Virus record (IMG/VR): IMGVR_UViG_3300001472_000003
Coordinates: 85,501-149,500 of that record
Direction: 5' to 3' (one strand)
Source of the DNA: a virus
Length of the DNA: 64,000 nucleotides
The position numbers and the translations under genes are program-made. Every line of letters begins with the position of its first letter. Position 1 is the first letter of the stretch. Under the pieces are notes generated by a model. It was given only the letters and a program-made list of their open reading frames with translations, made no database searches and was not told the origin of the DNA. This document shows positions 19,685 through 29,973 of the stretch, piece after piece.

Positions 19685-21601
19685 TTATGCTACAAATATA
19701 TATGCAGCGCCTTTTGTAGAATTAAATTCATGACTACCTGCTACAGTTGTTTGACCATCTCCTGAAATTTCAATACCTCCCTTATTATAAACAAATCTAT
19801 TAAGAGAAGCGTGATCACTATTAAATATAGGACCTCCTGTTACTGCCCATGATGTTCCGGTTCTCTCTGCCCAATACAGTGCTCCTCTTCGTGTTGGATG
19901 TGGATTACCTTGATTAGGAGATGCTATTGCTACAATATTACCGTTATTAGAAATATCTAAAGCCCTGCCAAACTCTTGATCTTTATGTCTTACTGGCGCG
20001 TGGATAATAGCTTGTTCTGTCCATGTAGTACCTGATCTTACAAATATGTATACTTGCCCAGAAGTGTTCGTTGAATCAAGATTTGAATCATCTCCACCTG
20101 AGGTTGCCGCAGGCCCGTCTTCATAAGGAGCTCCAAAAGCTACTGTACTTCCATCTTGGTCAATAGATACTGCAAAACCAGCACGATCACTTCCACTTCG
20201 ATCTGACCCAAGTAATATTGCTTGTTCTGTCCATGCACCTGAATCATATTTATATACATAAACCTTAGATTTATCATAAGCTCCGGATACAACATATAAA
20301 CCGTTACCAGACATCGAAACATCGTGACCAAAATTTGCGCCAGATTCAGCATCTGATGCTGTTATTAAGGTACCATTGTCCCATGAACTTCCTGTTCTCT
20401 TATGTATTATTGCATACCCAGCTCCAACATTAGATGACATTCCTCCTAGTGCTCCAATTATAAGTTCATCTCCAGTATCTGACATACCTAGAGAAGTACC
20501 ATACCTAGTTGGGTTATTGCCACCATGACCAGACCAATTGAATGTAGCTTCATGTGCCCAAGATGATCCAGATTTAACGTAAACATGCACTCTTCCATTG
20601 CCACCACTTCTATAATAAGTTGGTTCTGATATAGCAATTGTTTCACCATTTGATGACATAGCAAATGCTCTTCCAAATCTACTATTATTTTCAACATTAC
20701 CCCCATGTGATGGTGAATTAGCTGTTAGTGTTTGTACTAAAGACCATGTAGTGCCTGACCTTTCGTATATATTTGCAAATCCTTGAGTACTATTACCATT
20801 ATTATTCTCAGGAGCTCCAACGATTGCTAGGTTACCATTTGTAGAAATTGCACAGGATTCACCAAAAGCTGCTCCACTAGATAAACCAGTCACTGGTAAA
20901 GATACTTGTTCAGATGCTGAGGTCCAAACACTATATGCTACATCTAGAGTCACAGCAGCCGTTCCTATATTAGTTCCATCTGTTACTGATATTGTTAATG
21001 TTCCTCCAGCCAATTCTGATGCTCCTGCTACAACTGTAACAGTATTGTTACCTGTGTGATGAGATATATCCACTTGAGATGTATTTGTTATATTTGTATT
21101 TGAGGTTGTAACAGTTACTGGTGTGCCTTCTGGTTCACTTGTAGTGTAAGTTATGTCAATTGACTCTCCAATTGTTCCAAAACTATGAGAAGATATACTT
21201 GCAGATATAGTTGGTGTTAGATTAATTGAATCGATTGATCTCCATTGTGTAGCTGTTCTGATATATAAATCATTAGTAGCAGTTACAAATGCATGATCTC
21301 CAGCTTGAATGCCAGATGAAGGTAAATCTGATTCATTAGCATATACTGTAACAGCTCCACCCGATAGTGATGTTAAAGATACGTTTGATGTGGATCCATC
21401 TGCTTTATTAAAAACCAATGTTGTTCCACTAACACTAACAGTAGAGACTGATGTATCAGTAGAAGGTACAATTTGTTCAAATCTAGTATTTAATGCTTGT
21501 CTAGTCCATACATTTTTAGAAGATGAATATATAAACTTTGTGTTTTCATGTGTAACTACCTGGCCATCTGATGGCGTAGTAGGTAAATTTAAGTCAGCCA
21601 T
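19685..21601 (-). CDS. Fibre/adhesin with N-terminal anchor module, Ig-like domain and 7-blade FG-GAP beta-propeller
   Basis: Seven FG..(S/D).G...GA...G..Y...R.G..W repeats. Confidence 0.8.
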   Translation of the reverse strand: MADLNLPTTPSDGQVVTHENTKFIYSSSKNVWTRQALNTRFEQIVPSTDTSVSTVSVSGTTLVFNKADGSTSNVSLTSLSGGAVTVYANESDLPSSGIQAGDHAFVTATNDLYIRTATQWRSIDSINLTPTISASISSHSFGTIGESIDITYTTSEPEGTPVTVTTSNTNITNTSQVDISHHTGNNTVTVVAGASELAGGTLTISVTDGTNIGTAAVTLDVAYSVWTSASEQVSLPVTGLSSGAAFGESCAISTNGNLAIVGAPENNNGNSTQGFANIYERSGTTWSLVQTLTANSPSHGGNVENNSRFGRAFAMSSNGETIAISEPTYYRSGGNGRVHVYVKSGSSWAHEATFNWSGHGGNNPTRYGTSLGMSDTGDELIIGALGGMSSNVGAGYAIIHKRTGSSWDNGTLITASDAESGANFGHDVSMSGNGLYVVSGAYDKSKVYVYKYDSGAWTEQAILLGSDRSGSDRAGFAVSIDQDGSTVAFGAPYEDGPAATSGGDDSNLDSTNTSGQVYIFVRSGTTWTEQAIIHAPVRHKDQEFGRALDISNNGNIVAIASPNQGNPHPTRRGALYWAERTGTSWAVTGGPIFNSDHASLNRFVYNKGGIEISGDGQTTVAGSHEFNSTKGAAYIFVA

Positions 21602-21627
21602 TGCTTTTTATTCCTTTTTATTTCATT

Positions 21628-24600
21628 TTATGTTGTAACAAAAGTATACACTGCACCAGCATCTGTTGTATTAGTATCTTCACGTGGTGCACCGACTATT
21701 ACTGTTGATCCATCACCAGATATTTCTGAAGCTGAACCAAATTCGTCATTATTCTCTATATCTGTTGATGTTAAAGATTTTTGTAGACCCCATCCAGTAT
21801 CATTAAAAATATAAGCAGCTCCTGAATTATTCATCGTTGTATCTTCTTCGGCAGCACCAAATATCACTGACTTACCATCACCACTTAAAGCTATAGCTTG
21901 TCCAAAATTATCTCCAAGTGTTGGATTGTCGGGTACAAATTTTCTCAATTGTGTCCACGATGTATCTGTTCTTCCAAAAGCATATGCCACACCAGCAGTG
22001 GCTGATGTAGAATATAAAAGATTTGATCCTATTATTATAATATCACCACTATCATCAATATCAGCAGATGAACCAAATCCATTATTTTGAGTATCACTAT
22101 TATCAGAATGTTGAATAGCCGCTTGTTGTGACCAAGTTGTACCACTTCTAACCCATACAAAACTCTTACCTTTTAACGAATCATGTTTCATAGAACCTAC
22201 AACAACAGTATCACCATCTTCATCAATAGCTACAGAACAACCAAATCTATCTTGACTAGTTATTCCAGCTGATTGAATTTTTTGTTGTTGACTCCATGTA
22301 CTTCCTGTCCTAACAAAAATAAAAGCCGTTCCAGCAAATGTACCATTATCATCATCGTATGGTGCACCTACAATAGCATAATTAGCATCTCCAGAAATTC
22401 GTACACAGTTATCACCAGAAGAACCACCTCCACTCATCTGATCATGAGCTACTCCATCAGAAGCTAATAATCTCGCTTGTTGAGACCAAGATGTACCAGA
22501 TCTATAATAAATGTAAGCTGCACCTTGCTGTTCTGAACTAACACCTTTAGCTTGAGGTGATCCTACTATAACATAATTACCATCTTTAGATATATGAACA
22601 CCTTTACCAAAATACCAAACATCATTATTTCCAGTATGATCGTCAGGAAGTAATTTTGCTTGTTGAGTCCAATTTGTTCCTGATCTAGTAAAAATATAAG
22701 CAGCACCAGGAGCGCCATTGTTACTAGATCCTCCTTTAAACCAAGCACCTACAACTAATGTATCTCCTGCATCGTTTAATGAAATAGACTGTCCAAATTT
22801 GTCACCATTTGCTATATCATTTGATTGTATCATTGCTTGCTCAACCCAAGTTGTGCCAGATTTAATATAAATGTATACTTTTCCTCTATTACTTCCACCT
22901 GTATCTTCCAATGGTGCACCTACTGCTTTATAAGTACCATCATTTGAAATAGCAACAGAGTAACCATAATCATCATCATTTTGAGGATCTGAAGCTTTTA
23001 ACATTTGTAATTGATCGGTTGCTGCAGCCCAACCACTACTTTTTTGATAAACATATGCTCTGCCAGTTTGAACAGAATTAGGAGTACTATAGTGCCTTGA
23101 ACCAGTTGCAATTATAGTACCATCATTTGATAAACTAACTCCACCATCCCCTAACTGTCTAATATTAGGAGGACTACTATTATAACCAACTGGATCAGAT
23201 GGTATTATTTTAGCTTGTTGAGACCATGTACTTCCTGATCTTGTATAAACAAATACAGCTCCCCCTTTAGCATTAGATCCATCGACAGGTGTTTTTGAAT
23301 CATTATTTATGTCTATAACAGCTAAAGATGCTCCATCTGTCGATAAAGATATTCCTTTACCATAACCATGATTACCTCTACCAATAGCATTGCCGCCGGA
23401 TACAGTAAAATTAGTTTGTTCCGACCAAGTGGTTCCTGTTCTTGTATATACTAAGATTCTATTTTGTGAAGAATGTGTTGCAACTAAATAACTACCATCC
23501 CCATTAAGAGCTAAGGAAGCAGCATATCCTTCACCACTCATATTTGAAGGCATCATTTTTTGTTGAAATGTAAAATTATTTGAACCATCATTTTTATAAA
23601 TAAATATTTCTTTTGATTGTTGCGCTCCAACTGCTATATAATTATTATCATCACTTATATCAAAATCAATAGCATATTGCATATCATTTACAATTTCTCC
23701 ACCTGTTGGGGCTAATACTGCATGTTGTGACCAATTAGCACCAGATCTTGTAAAGATATAAAGAACTCCTGTATCCATTAAGTTTGATGGGTTGTCATCA
23801 GAGTAAGCACCAGCTAATGCAATAGTTCCATCAGCTGACATCACAACCTGTCTACCAAAACCTCTATTGTCACTTGGGTGACCACCAGTTCTGGACATCA
23901 TTGTCAAATAATTCCATGTTGTTCCAATTCTTTTCCAAAAATGTACATGACCTCTATCGTGTTCTAGAGATCCTATTATTGCATAATTCCCATCCTCACT
24001 TAAATCAACAGCTACACCAAAATTATCATTAGATCTTGCATTAAATGGTCTTAAAATTTTAGCTTGTTGGACTCCAGTAGACCAATCAAATGCGAATTGT
24101 ATAGTCATTGTTAATGTATCAGCAATAGTGTTGACACCATCTGTGGCTGTTATAGTAATTGTCTCGGTTGTGTTCTGTACTGGTGTATCAAATGTTAAAG
24201 TATTATTTGCTTGATGTACGGTTATACTTGCATTGGATGTACTTGATGCTGTTATTGTGTAAGGAGTATCTTCTGGTTCATTTACTGTATAACTGACATC
24301 AACTGAATCACTTGAACCCATTGATATACTAGAGACACCTAAGGATAAAGAAGGTGATAGATTGACTGTTGCAATCTTATACCAACCGGATCCATCAGTG
24401 ATAAATAATGAATCAGTATCAGTTACATATACTTGAGTGCCTGATACTAAATTAGTTATAGGCAATTGAGAAGCACTTGCATAATTTGTTAGTATATTAC
24501 CTGCAAAAGCGGCTAAGCTAACATTAGCATGTGTACTATCATCTTTTTGTATTACTAAAGTATTGCCACTAATAGACATTGAAGATACTCCGACACTTTT

Positions 24601-24744
24601 GTTTTCAAAATCGGATATTTGAGAAGAAGACATCGTCGATACATGTCTCCATTTATTTTTATCACTGTTATACCGCATTGCTTTACCTTGAGCAATAAAT
24701 AACTCATTATTGCTTGGATTGCTTGGAAAATCTATTACTGGCAT
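21628..24744 (-). CDS. Fibre/adhesin with anchor module, Ig-like domain and 14 FG-GAP blades (two propellers)
   Basis: Fourteen FG-GAP repeats counted; N-terminal ~220 aa homologous to the 638-aa neighbour. Confidence 0.8.
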   Translation of the reverse strand: MPVIDFPSNPSNNELFIAQGKAMRYNSDKNKWRHVSTMSSSQISDFENKSVGVSSMSISGNTLVIQKDDSTHANVSLAAFAGNILTNYASASQLPITNLVSGTQVYVTDTDSLFITDGSGWYKIATVNLSPSLSLGVSSISMGSSDSVDVSYTVNEPEDTPYTITASSTSNASITVHQANNTLTFDTPVQNTTETITITATDGVNTIADTLTMTIQFAFDWSTGVQQAKILRPFNARSNDNFGVAVDLSEDGNYAIIGSLEHDRGHVHFWKRIGTTWNYLTMMSRTGGHPSDNRGFGRQVVMSADGTIALAGAYSDDNPSNLMDTGVLYIFTRSGANWSQHAVLAPTGGEIVNDMQYAIDFDISDDNNYIAVGAQQSKEIFIYKNDGSNNFTFQQKMMPSNMSGEGYAASLALNGDGSYLVATHSSQNRILVYTRTGTTWSEQTNFTVSGGNAIGRGNHGYGKGISLSTDGASLAVIDINNDSKTPVDGSNAKGGAVFVYTRSGSTWSQQAKIIPSDPVGYNSSPPNIRQLGDGGVSLSNDGTIIATGSRHYSTPNSVQTGRAYVYQKSSGWAAATDQLQMLKASDPQNDDDYGYSVAISNDGTYKAVGAPLEDTGGSNRGKVYIYIKSGTTWVEQAMIQSNDIANGDKFGQSISLNDAGDTLVVGAWFKGGSSNNGAPGAAYIFTRSGTNWTQQAKLLPDDHTGNNDVWYFGKGVHISKDGNYVIVGSPQAKGVSSEQQGAAYIYYRSGTSWSQQARLLASDGVAHDQMSGGGSSGDNCVRISGDANYAIVGAPYDDDNGTFAGTAFIFVRTGSTWSQQQKIQSAGITSQDRFGCSVAIDEDGDTVVVGSMKHDSLKGKSFVWVRSGTTWSQQAAIQHSDNSDTQNNGFGSSADIDDSGDIIIIGSNLLYSTSATAGVAYAFGRTDTSWTQLRKFVPDNPTLGDNFGQAIALSGDGKSVIFGAAEEDTTMNNSGAAYIFNDTGWGLQKSLTSTDIENNDEFGSASEISGDGSTVIVGAPREDTNTTDAGAVYTFVTT

Positions 24745-24760
24745 TTATTTTATTCCTTAT

Positions 24761-26431
24761 TTAAACTGGTTGTGAATTTGCTACTTTAAACCATCCTGAT
24801 CCATCTGTAACATATAAATATCCGGTATCTAAGGCTATAGCTTGATCACCCGATTGTAAACTTGAGAATGGGAATATAGAGGCATTGGCGTATGTTTCCG
24901 TTCTACCTGCAAATGCATCTACACTTACAGATACACCATCTATAACTAAATCATTATCTGATTCAAGTTGTGCGTTCTCAACACCTCTTGCTCTTTTTCT
25001 TGTTGATGATACGCCATCTAAATCTGAAGCTTTTTCTGGTCTCCATCTTCCTTTTCCAGCATTCCATTTGAAACGTCTTCCTTCATGAGTGTGAACAGTT
25101 CCATCAGCTAAATTCGATGGTATAGTTCCAGTCGGGACCCAATATTCTACTGCACCTTCGTTAGAAAAGGCACCCCAGGCTGTTAGAATTAAATGTTTAC
25201 CATCTGAAGATAATGCATTAGCATAGTTACCTGTCAGGCCTGGTGTCACAGCTTGTTTTTTCAAAAGAGACCATGTTGATCCTGATCTTTCGAATGTATA
25301 CCAATACTTATTTTCTCCAGCATTTCCAGATAGTATTAAAAGGGATCCATCATAATTAAATGACATTGACCTACCTATTGTAGCACCATCATCAGATGCA
25401 CCATCTGGTCCATTGACTACTGCTTGTTGATCCCACACATTTGTACTACTATTCCATTTTAATATTGCTACTCTACCAGCATAGTCATCTGAGTCATGAT
25501 GTCTGAAATATATACTTAAATAATTGCCATCTTTACTCATTCCTAAAGCCTGGCCGTCGGTTGCATATTGGCCTGATTGATCGTAGGTTTGGACAGCACT
25601 AATGTTCCATAAATTTGAACTGGTATTGTATCTCCCAGTAAAAATTTTAACTACTTTATCTGTAGTATTATTACGCTGACCTGAATACTGGCTATCATTT
25701 AGAAGACAAAATTTTTCTCCAGCACCATCTAATACAATATTGCCCTTTATTCCAAAATTACCTCCCGTAGTAGGTGTATTTAATTGGCCAAAGTATGCCC
25801 ATGTTGATCCAGTTTTATGGAAAATATAATTTAATGAACGCCCATTGGCAGAATTTTTTCCTGCTGCTATACATCGAGTGCCATCCGCATTTAATACAAT
25901 TCCATAATATCCAACAGCACCATTAGTTTGCCCACCGTTTCCAAAAACATTAGTCCAAGTTGATCCTGTTCTTTCAAATATTTCTATCCGTCCACCGTCC
26001 GGATGACCATAATTACCACCTGTTACAGCAATCGTCTCTCCAGCTTCATCAATAGCTACTGATCTATGATGTGGGTTATCATCATATGAACCAAAAGTGT
26101 CTGGACCATTACCATATTGACTGTAAACAGCATGATTAGTATTACTAGTTAATGTTGCTTGTGTTGTAAACGTATTACCTGTTCTAGTTAGAACATATGG
26201 AAATCCACCAGAAGCGTGAGTATGAGCCACTGCACCAGGAGCTCTATTTCCTACTACTATATAATCGCCATTCGCTGAAACCGCAGAACCACCAATTCCT
26301 GATTTTTCTCCAGCCCCAGATTGAACTGTAAATTTAGCATCTCTGACAAAAGATGCATTTACATTAGCCCCTACAGAAGATGAACTGAATGATCCTGTAA
26401 TTGCTGTTGATGTTGGTAATGAAAGTGCCAT
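24761..26431 (-). CDS. Beta-propeller (degenerate FG-GAP) adhesin with C-terminal anchor module
   Basis: ERTGSTW-type blade repeats; the last ~110 aa match the anchor module of the neighbours. Confidence 0.75.
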   Translation of the reverse strand: MALSLPTSTAITGSFSSSSVGANVNASFVRDAKFTVQSGAGEKSGIGGSAVSANGDYIVVGNRAPGAVAHTHASGGFPYVLTRTGNTFTTQATLTSNTNHAVYSQYGNGPDTFGSYDDNPHHRSVAIDEAGETIAVTGGNYGHPDGGRIEIFERTGSTWTNVFGNGGQTNGAVGYYGIVLNADGTRCIAAGKNSANGRSLNYIFHKTGSTWAYFGQLNTPTTGGNFGIKGNIVLDGAGEKFCLLNDSQYSGQRNNTTDKVVKIFTGRYNTSSNLWNISAVQTYDQSGQYATDGQALGMSKDGNYLSIYFRHHDSDDYAGRVAILKWNSSTNVWDQQAVVNGPDGASDDGATIGRSMSFNYDGSLLILSGNAGENKYWYTFERSGSTWSLLKKQAVTPGLTGNYANALSSDGKHLILTAWGAFSNEGAVEYWVPTGTIPSNLADGTVHTHEGRRFKWNAGKGRWRPEKASDLDGVSSTRKRARGVENAQLESDNDLVIDGVSVSVDAFAGRTETYANASIFPFSSLQSGDQAIALDTGYLYVTDGSGWFKVANSQPV

Positions 26432-26800
26432 GTTTTTTATTCCTTATTTAAACTAGTTGTGAGTTTGCTACCTTGAACCATCCTGATCCATCAGTAACAT
26501 ATAAATATCCTGTATCTAATGCAATTGCTTGATCCCCAGATTGTAGACTAGAGAATGGGAATATAGAAGCATTAGCATATGTTTCTGTTCTGCCAGCAAA
26601 GGCATCTATACTTACTGTAACACCATCTATATTTAAATCTAAATCTGATTCAAGCTGAGCGTTCTGAACGCCTCTTGATCTTTTTCTTGATGAAGATATT
26701 CCATCTAAATCAGATGCTTTTGCTGGTCTCCATCTACCTTTAGCAGCATTATATTTGAATTTTCTACCTTGATGTGTATGTATGTCTCCATCTGCCAGAG
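24761..26800. repeat. Diverged direct repeat of ~350 bp (24761-~25110 and 26448-~26800)
   Basis: Alignable DNA with mostly third-position differences, encoding near-identical C-termini. Confidence 0.85.
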
Positions 26801-28172
26801 AAGATGCAATTTCTCCTGTTGGCTTAAAATATTCTACTGATCCTTGGTTAATTTCATTACCTAATCCACCTGCCAGGCCATAACCTGTACTAGAATATCT
26901 TGCATTTGGAGCGGAGACTAATATGTGCTTGCCATCTGAAGATAATTCTATATCTCCTATTGAATTTAAACCATTTACATGAGTATGTTTTGCTTTAAAT
27001 GTCCATGTAGAACCAGTTCTTTCATAAATATACCATGCCTGTTGAGTTTGAGTTCTACCATTATGGTTTGGATTTCCTTGTGAACCATTAGTATTACCTA
27101 TTGCTACCAATACTGATCCATCATAATTAAGTCTAAAATGTCTACCTATATACATACCATTATTTGTAGTAGCTCCACCTGCAGTAGCATTATCGATAAC
27201 TGATTCTTCGACATAAGCGTTGCTACCATTCCATTTAAATACATGGAATCGTCCAGTGAAATCTACTGTTCCATCTCGAAATGATACTATAACATATATA
27301 CCATCGTTGCTTATTTCTATGTGATATGCTTGACTTTCAGCAGAAGAGTGTCCAGTCTGGTCAATAATTTGAAGATGACTTTGCCATGCTGATCCATCAT
27401 AGTAAAAAGTTTGTAGTCTTGCTCTCTTTCCTATATTAAAATCATTATCGTTCCGTTGTAAATCTAAACATGCAATACGTGTGCCATCATTGTTTATAGA
27501 TATACTTCCTATACCAACTGCGTATCCTCCAGGACCAATTCCAGACCCACCATTAGTTCCAGTATAAAGGTCTGATTGCTGACTCCAAGAAGAACCTGAT
27601 TTGGTCCACATAGCAAGTCTTTGATCATTACCACAACTAGCAATAATTGTATTTCCATCTCCGGATATAGCAACACCATGTTCACCTAGTCTTTGTCCAC
27701 CATCATCTAGGAATGCATTGTGAGACCAAGATGCTCCTGAACGAGTCCATACATCTATAGCACCATCAGTTGTTCCTGCGGAACAACCTACAATAGCTGT
27801 TTCACCCGCTTCATCTATATCTACACCTTTCTTTTGGACTTCTGCAAAATCACCATACCGATCATTAGCACCCATACGAAACATATATGATGGTATAAAG
27901 GTTGTATCTATAGTCCAGACATCTCCAGTCTTTTTATATATTATAGGTCGTCCAGTACATCCATTACCAGTATTTGCTCTATTTGCAATTATTGCATAGT
28001 CGCCATTTGCTGACATACGCATTCCATGACCTTGAAAGTCATTATTTCCAACACTTGATTGTAAATTAGAATGTCGACCGGCGCCAACTATTAAAGGTGT
28101 TAAGTTAGCAGTGTTTGTTGTTGTGACGAAAGACCCGACTACGTTTGCTGCGCTTGGTAATGAAAGTGCCAT
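26448..28172 (-). CDS. Beta-propeller (degenerate FG-GAP) adhesin with C-terminal anchor module; paralogue of 24761-26431
   Basis: Same MALSLP start and near-identical C-terminus; divergent propeller. Confidence 0.75.
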   Translation of the reverse strand: MALSLPSAANVVGSFVTTTNTANLTPLIVGAGRHSNLQSSVGNNDFQGHGMRMSANGDYAIIANRANTGNGCTGRPIIYKKTGDVWTIDTTFIPSYMFRMGANDRYGDFAEVQKKGVDIDEAGETAIVGCSAGTTDGAIDVWTRSGASWSHNAFLDDGGQRLGEHGVAISGDGNTIIASCGNDQRLAMWTKSGSSWSQQSDLYTGTNGGSGIGPGGYAVGIGSISINNDGTRIACLDLQRNDNDFNIGKRARLQTFYYDGSAWQSHLQIIDQTGHSSAESQAYHIEISNDGIYVIVSFRDGTVDFTGRFHVFKWNGSNAYVEESVIDNATAGGATTNNGMYIGRHFRLNYDGSVLVAIGNTNGSQGNPNHNGRTQTQQAWYIYERTGSTWTFKAKHTHVNGLNSIGDIELSSDGKHILVSAPNARYSSTGYGLAGGLGNEINQGSVEYFKPTGEIASSLADGDIHTHQGRKFKYNAAKGRWRPAKASDLDGISSSRKRSRGVQNAQLESDLDLNIDGVTVSIDAFAGRTETYANASIFPFSSLQSGDQAIALDTGYLYVTDGSGWFKVANSQLV

Positions 28173-28191
28173 GTTTATATTTCCTTAAAAT

Positions 28192-28235
28192 TATTTATAT
28201 TAAAATAGGTAGAGATCGCATGGACCCCTACCTAT
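28192..28235 (-). terminator. Terminator after the 547-aa gene, followed by late promoter TATAAATA (28192-28199)
   Basis: ATAGGTAGGGGTC-CATGC-GATCTCTACCTAT then TTT, then TATAAATA. Confidence 0.75.
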
Positions 28236-28247
28236 AATATTTTTTTA

Positions 28248-29891
28248 TTAAGCAGAAACGTTTGTACGCTTAATCTTAATAGTACCACTATTATTGGCTG
28301 GTGTAGCTAATAATGATAAGGTGCCTGCTGATAATGATGCATCTAATGCCATTAATGAAGCATTAGTTATTAATGTACCATATTCAGTTAAGTAAACATC
28401 TGTACCATCTTGTGTTACGTTAACCATTGTAAAATGCTTATCTGTTCCTGATGTACATTCAACAATATACTGAGCTGCACTATATGTTGCAATTGCAAAT
28501 GAATCAACAGTTATTTGATTTGTTGATGAAACAGTTGTTGTTGCTGTTGTAGGCAATTTGTCTAATGTTACATCAAATGTTGAAGCATCATCTCTAGTAA
28601 ATGTAAGAGTATTGTTACTTGATGTCCATCCTGCTCCTTGTGTTGATGTATTTGCTCTTAGAGCTACATCAAACGTAGAAGCATCTGCTCTTGTAATAGT
28701 TAAAGTACTATTGGCTGAGGCAAAGGCTGCACTTGATGAAGATGTGTTAGCAGGTGTTGGAACAACAGCTACAAAAGCACCATCATAGTAGATGTAAAGA
28801 TCAGCGTCATCACTGTCATACCATAAATCACCTTCTAGTGGTGATGATGGAGCAGTATTAGAAACTGTAGTTGCAGATGTTATAATTGACATATCAAATG
28901 TAGAACCATCTGCTCTTGTCATTGTTAATGTACTATTAGCAACTGTATATGCACCAGATGATGTAGATGTATTAGCAATAAGGGTTGTGTTTGCAACGCC
29001 TGTCATGACAACATCAAATGTACTTGCATCATCTCTTGTTATTGTTAAAGTGTTATTAGCAACAGTATATGCACCAGAAGCAGCTGATGTATTAGCAATA
29101 TTTGTTAAATCAGTACCTGTTGCAATATTAATATAGGTAGTACCATCTTCGGTTACTTGCCATTTGTCTGTTGATTCATTCCATCTTAATGCTACGTTTG
29201 CGCTTGATCCACGCTCGATTTCAATACCAGCATTTAATGAAGGAGTTCCAGTTTGACCTGAAGCTAAAGTAATGATAGCATCATTTACAACTAAATTGTT
29301 TGTATCAATATTTGTTGTTGTTCCCTGAACAGTTAAGTTACCGGAAATTGTAAGATCATCAATTGTTAGATCAGACATTGCTACATCAAATGTACTTGCA
29401 TCATCTCTTGTAAATACAAATGTACCGTTAGATCCTGTAAATGCAGCACTTGATACAGATGTGTTTGCTCTTAAAGCTACATCTGTATCTGTTCCATCAT
29501 CTCTTGTAAATGTAAGAGTTGAGTTAGCAGCAGTAAAAGCAGCACTTGCTAAAGATGTATTAGCTCTTAAAGCTACATCTAAAGTTGTACTATCAGCTCT
29601 TGTTAATGTTAATGTACTATTAGCAGCAGCAAAAGCAGCGGATTGTGTTTGTGATCCAATGTCTACAGCTGTTGTAGTTGAATCTGCTCTAGTAAATACA
29701 ATCGTATTGTTACCGGCTGTAAAAGCAGCAGATGCTAATGATGTGTTAGAAGCAGATGCAACTAATTGATCATCAACGTATTTTTTAGTGGCTGCATCAG
29801 TATTTGCAGTCGGTGTAGCAAGATTGATAATCTTGTTAGCATTTGAGTTAACGCCATACTGGGCGAGAAATTCTTTATTAATGGTCGCCAT
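28248..29891 (-). CDS. Fibre protein with eight ~31-aa ANTS..AAF..ANSTLT.TRDD repeats
   Basis: AATKKYVD motif, 8 repeats, P..GDLWYD motif; C-terminal domain shared with the 323-aa gene. Confidence 0.75.
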   Translation of the reverse strand: MATINKEFLAQYGVNSNANKIINLATPTANTDAATKKYVDDQLVASASNTSLASAAFTAGNNTIVFTRADSTTTAVDIGSQTQSAAFAAANSTLTLTRADSTTLDVALRANTSLASAAFTAANSTLTFTRDDGTDTDVALRANTSVSSAAFTGSNGTFVFTRDDASTFDVAMSDLTIDDLTISGNLTVQGTTTNIDTNNLVVNDAIITLASGQTGTPSLNAGIEIERGSSANVALRWNESTDKWQVTEDGTTYINIATGTDLTNIANTSAASGAYTVANNTLTITRDDASTFDVVMTGVANTTLIANTSTSSGAYTVANSTLTMTRADGSTFDMSIITSATTVSNTAPSSPLEGDLWYDSDDADLYIYYDGAFVAVVPTPANTSSSSAAFASANSTLTITRADASTFDVALRANTSTQGAGWTSSNNTLTFTRDDASTFDVTLDKLPTTATTTVSSTNQITVDSFAIATYSAAQYIVECTSGTDKHFTMVNVTQDGTDVYLTEYGTLITNASLMALDASLSAGTLSLLATPANNSGTIKIKRTNVSA

Positions 29892-29965
29892 TATTTTTCT
29901 CCAGAACTAGTTATTAGAAAATCTTCCGTTTTTACAATATAATATAAGCATTGTGCACATACATT

Positions 29966-29973
29966 TATTTATA
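29966..29973 (-). promoter_or_regulatory. Late promoter TATAAATA (second copy at 30053-30060)
   Basis: Exact consensus twice in the 172-bp intergenic region. Confidence 0.65.

Noticed and set aside
24761-26800. Possible diversity-generating retroelement TR/VR pair
   Set aside because: Differences are synonymous and not adenine-specific, both copies are coding, and no reverse transcriptase is in the window.
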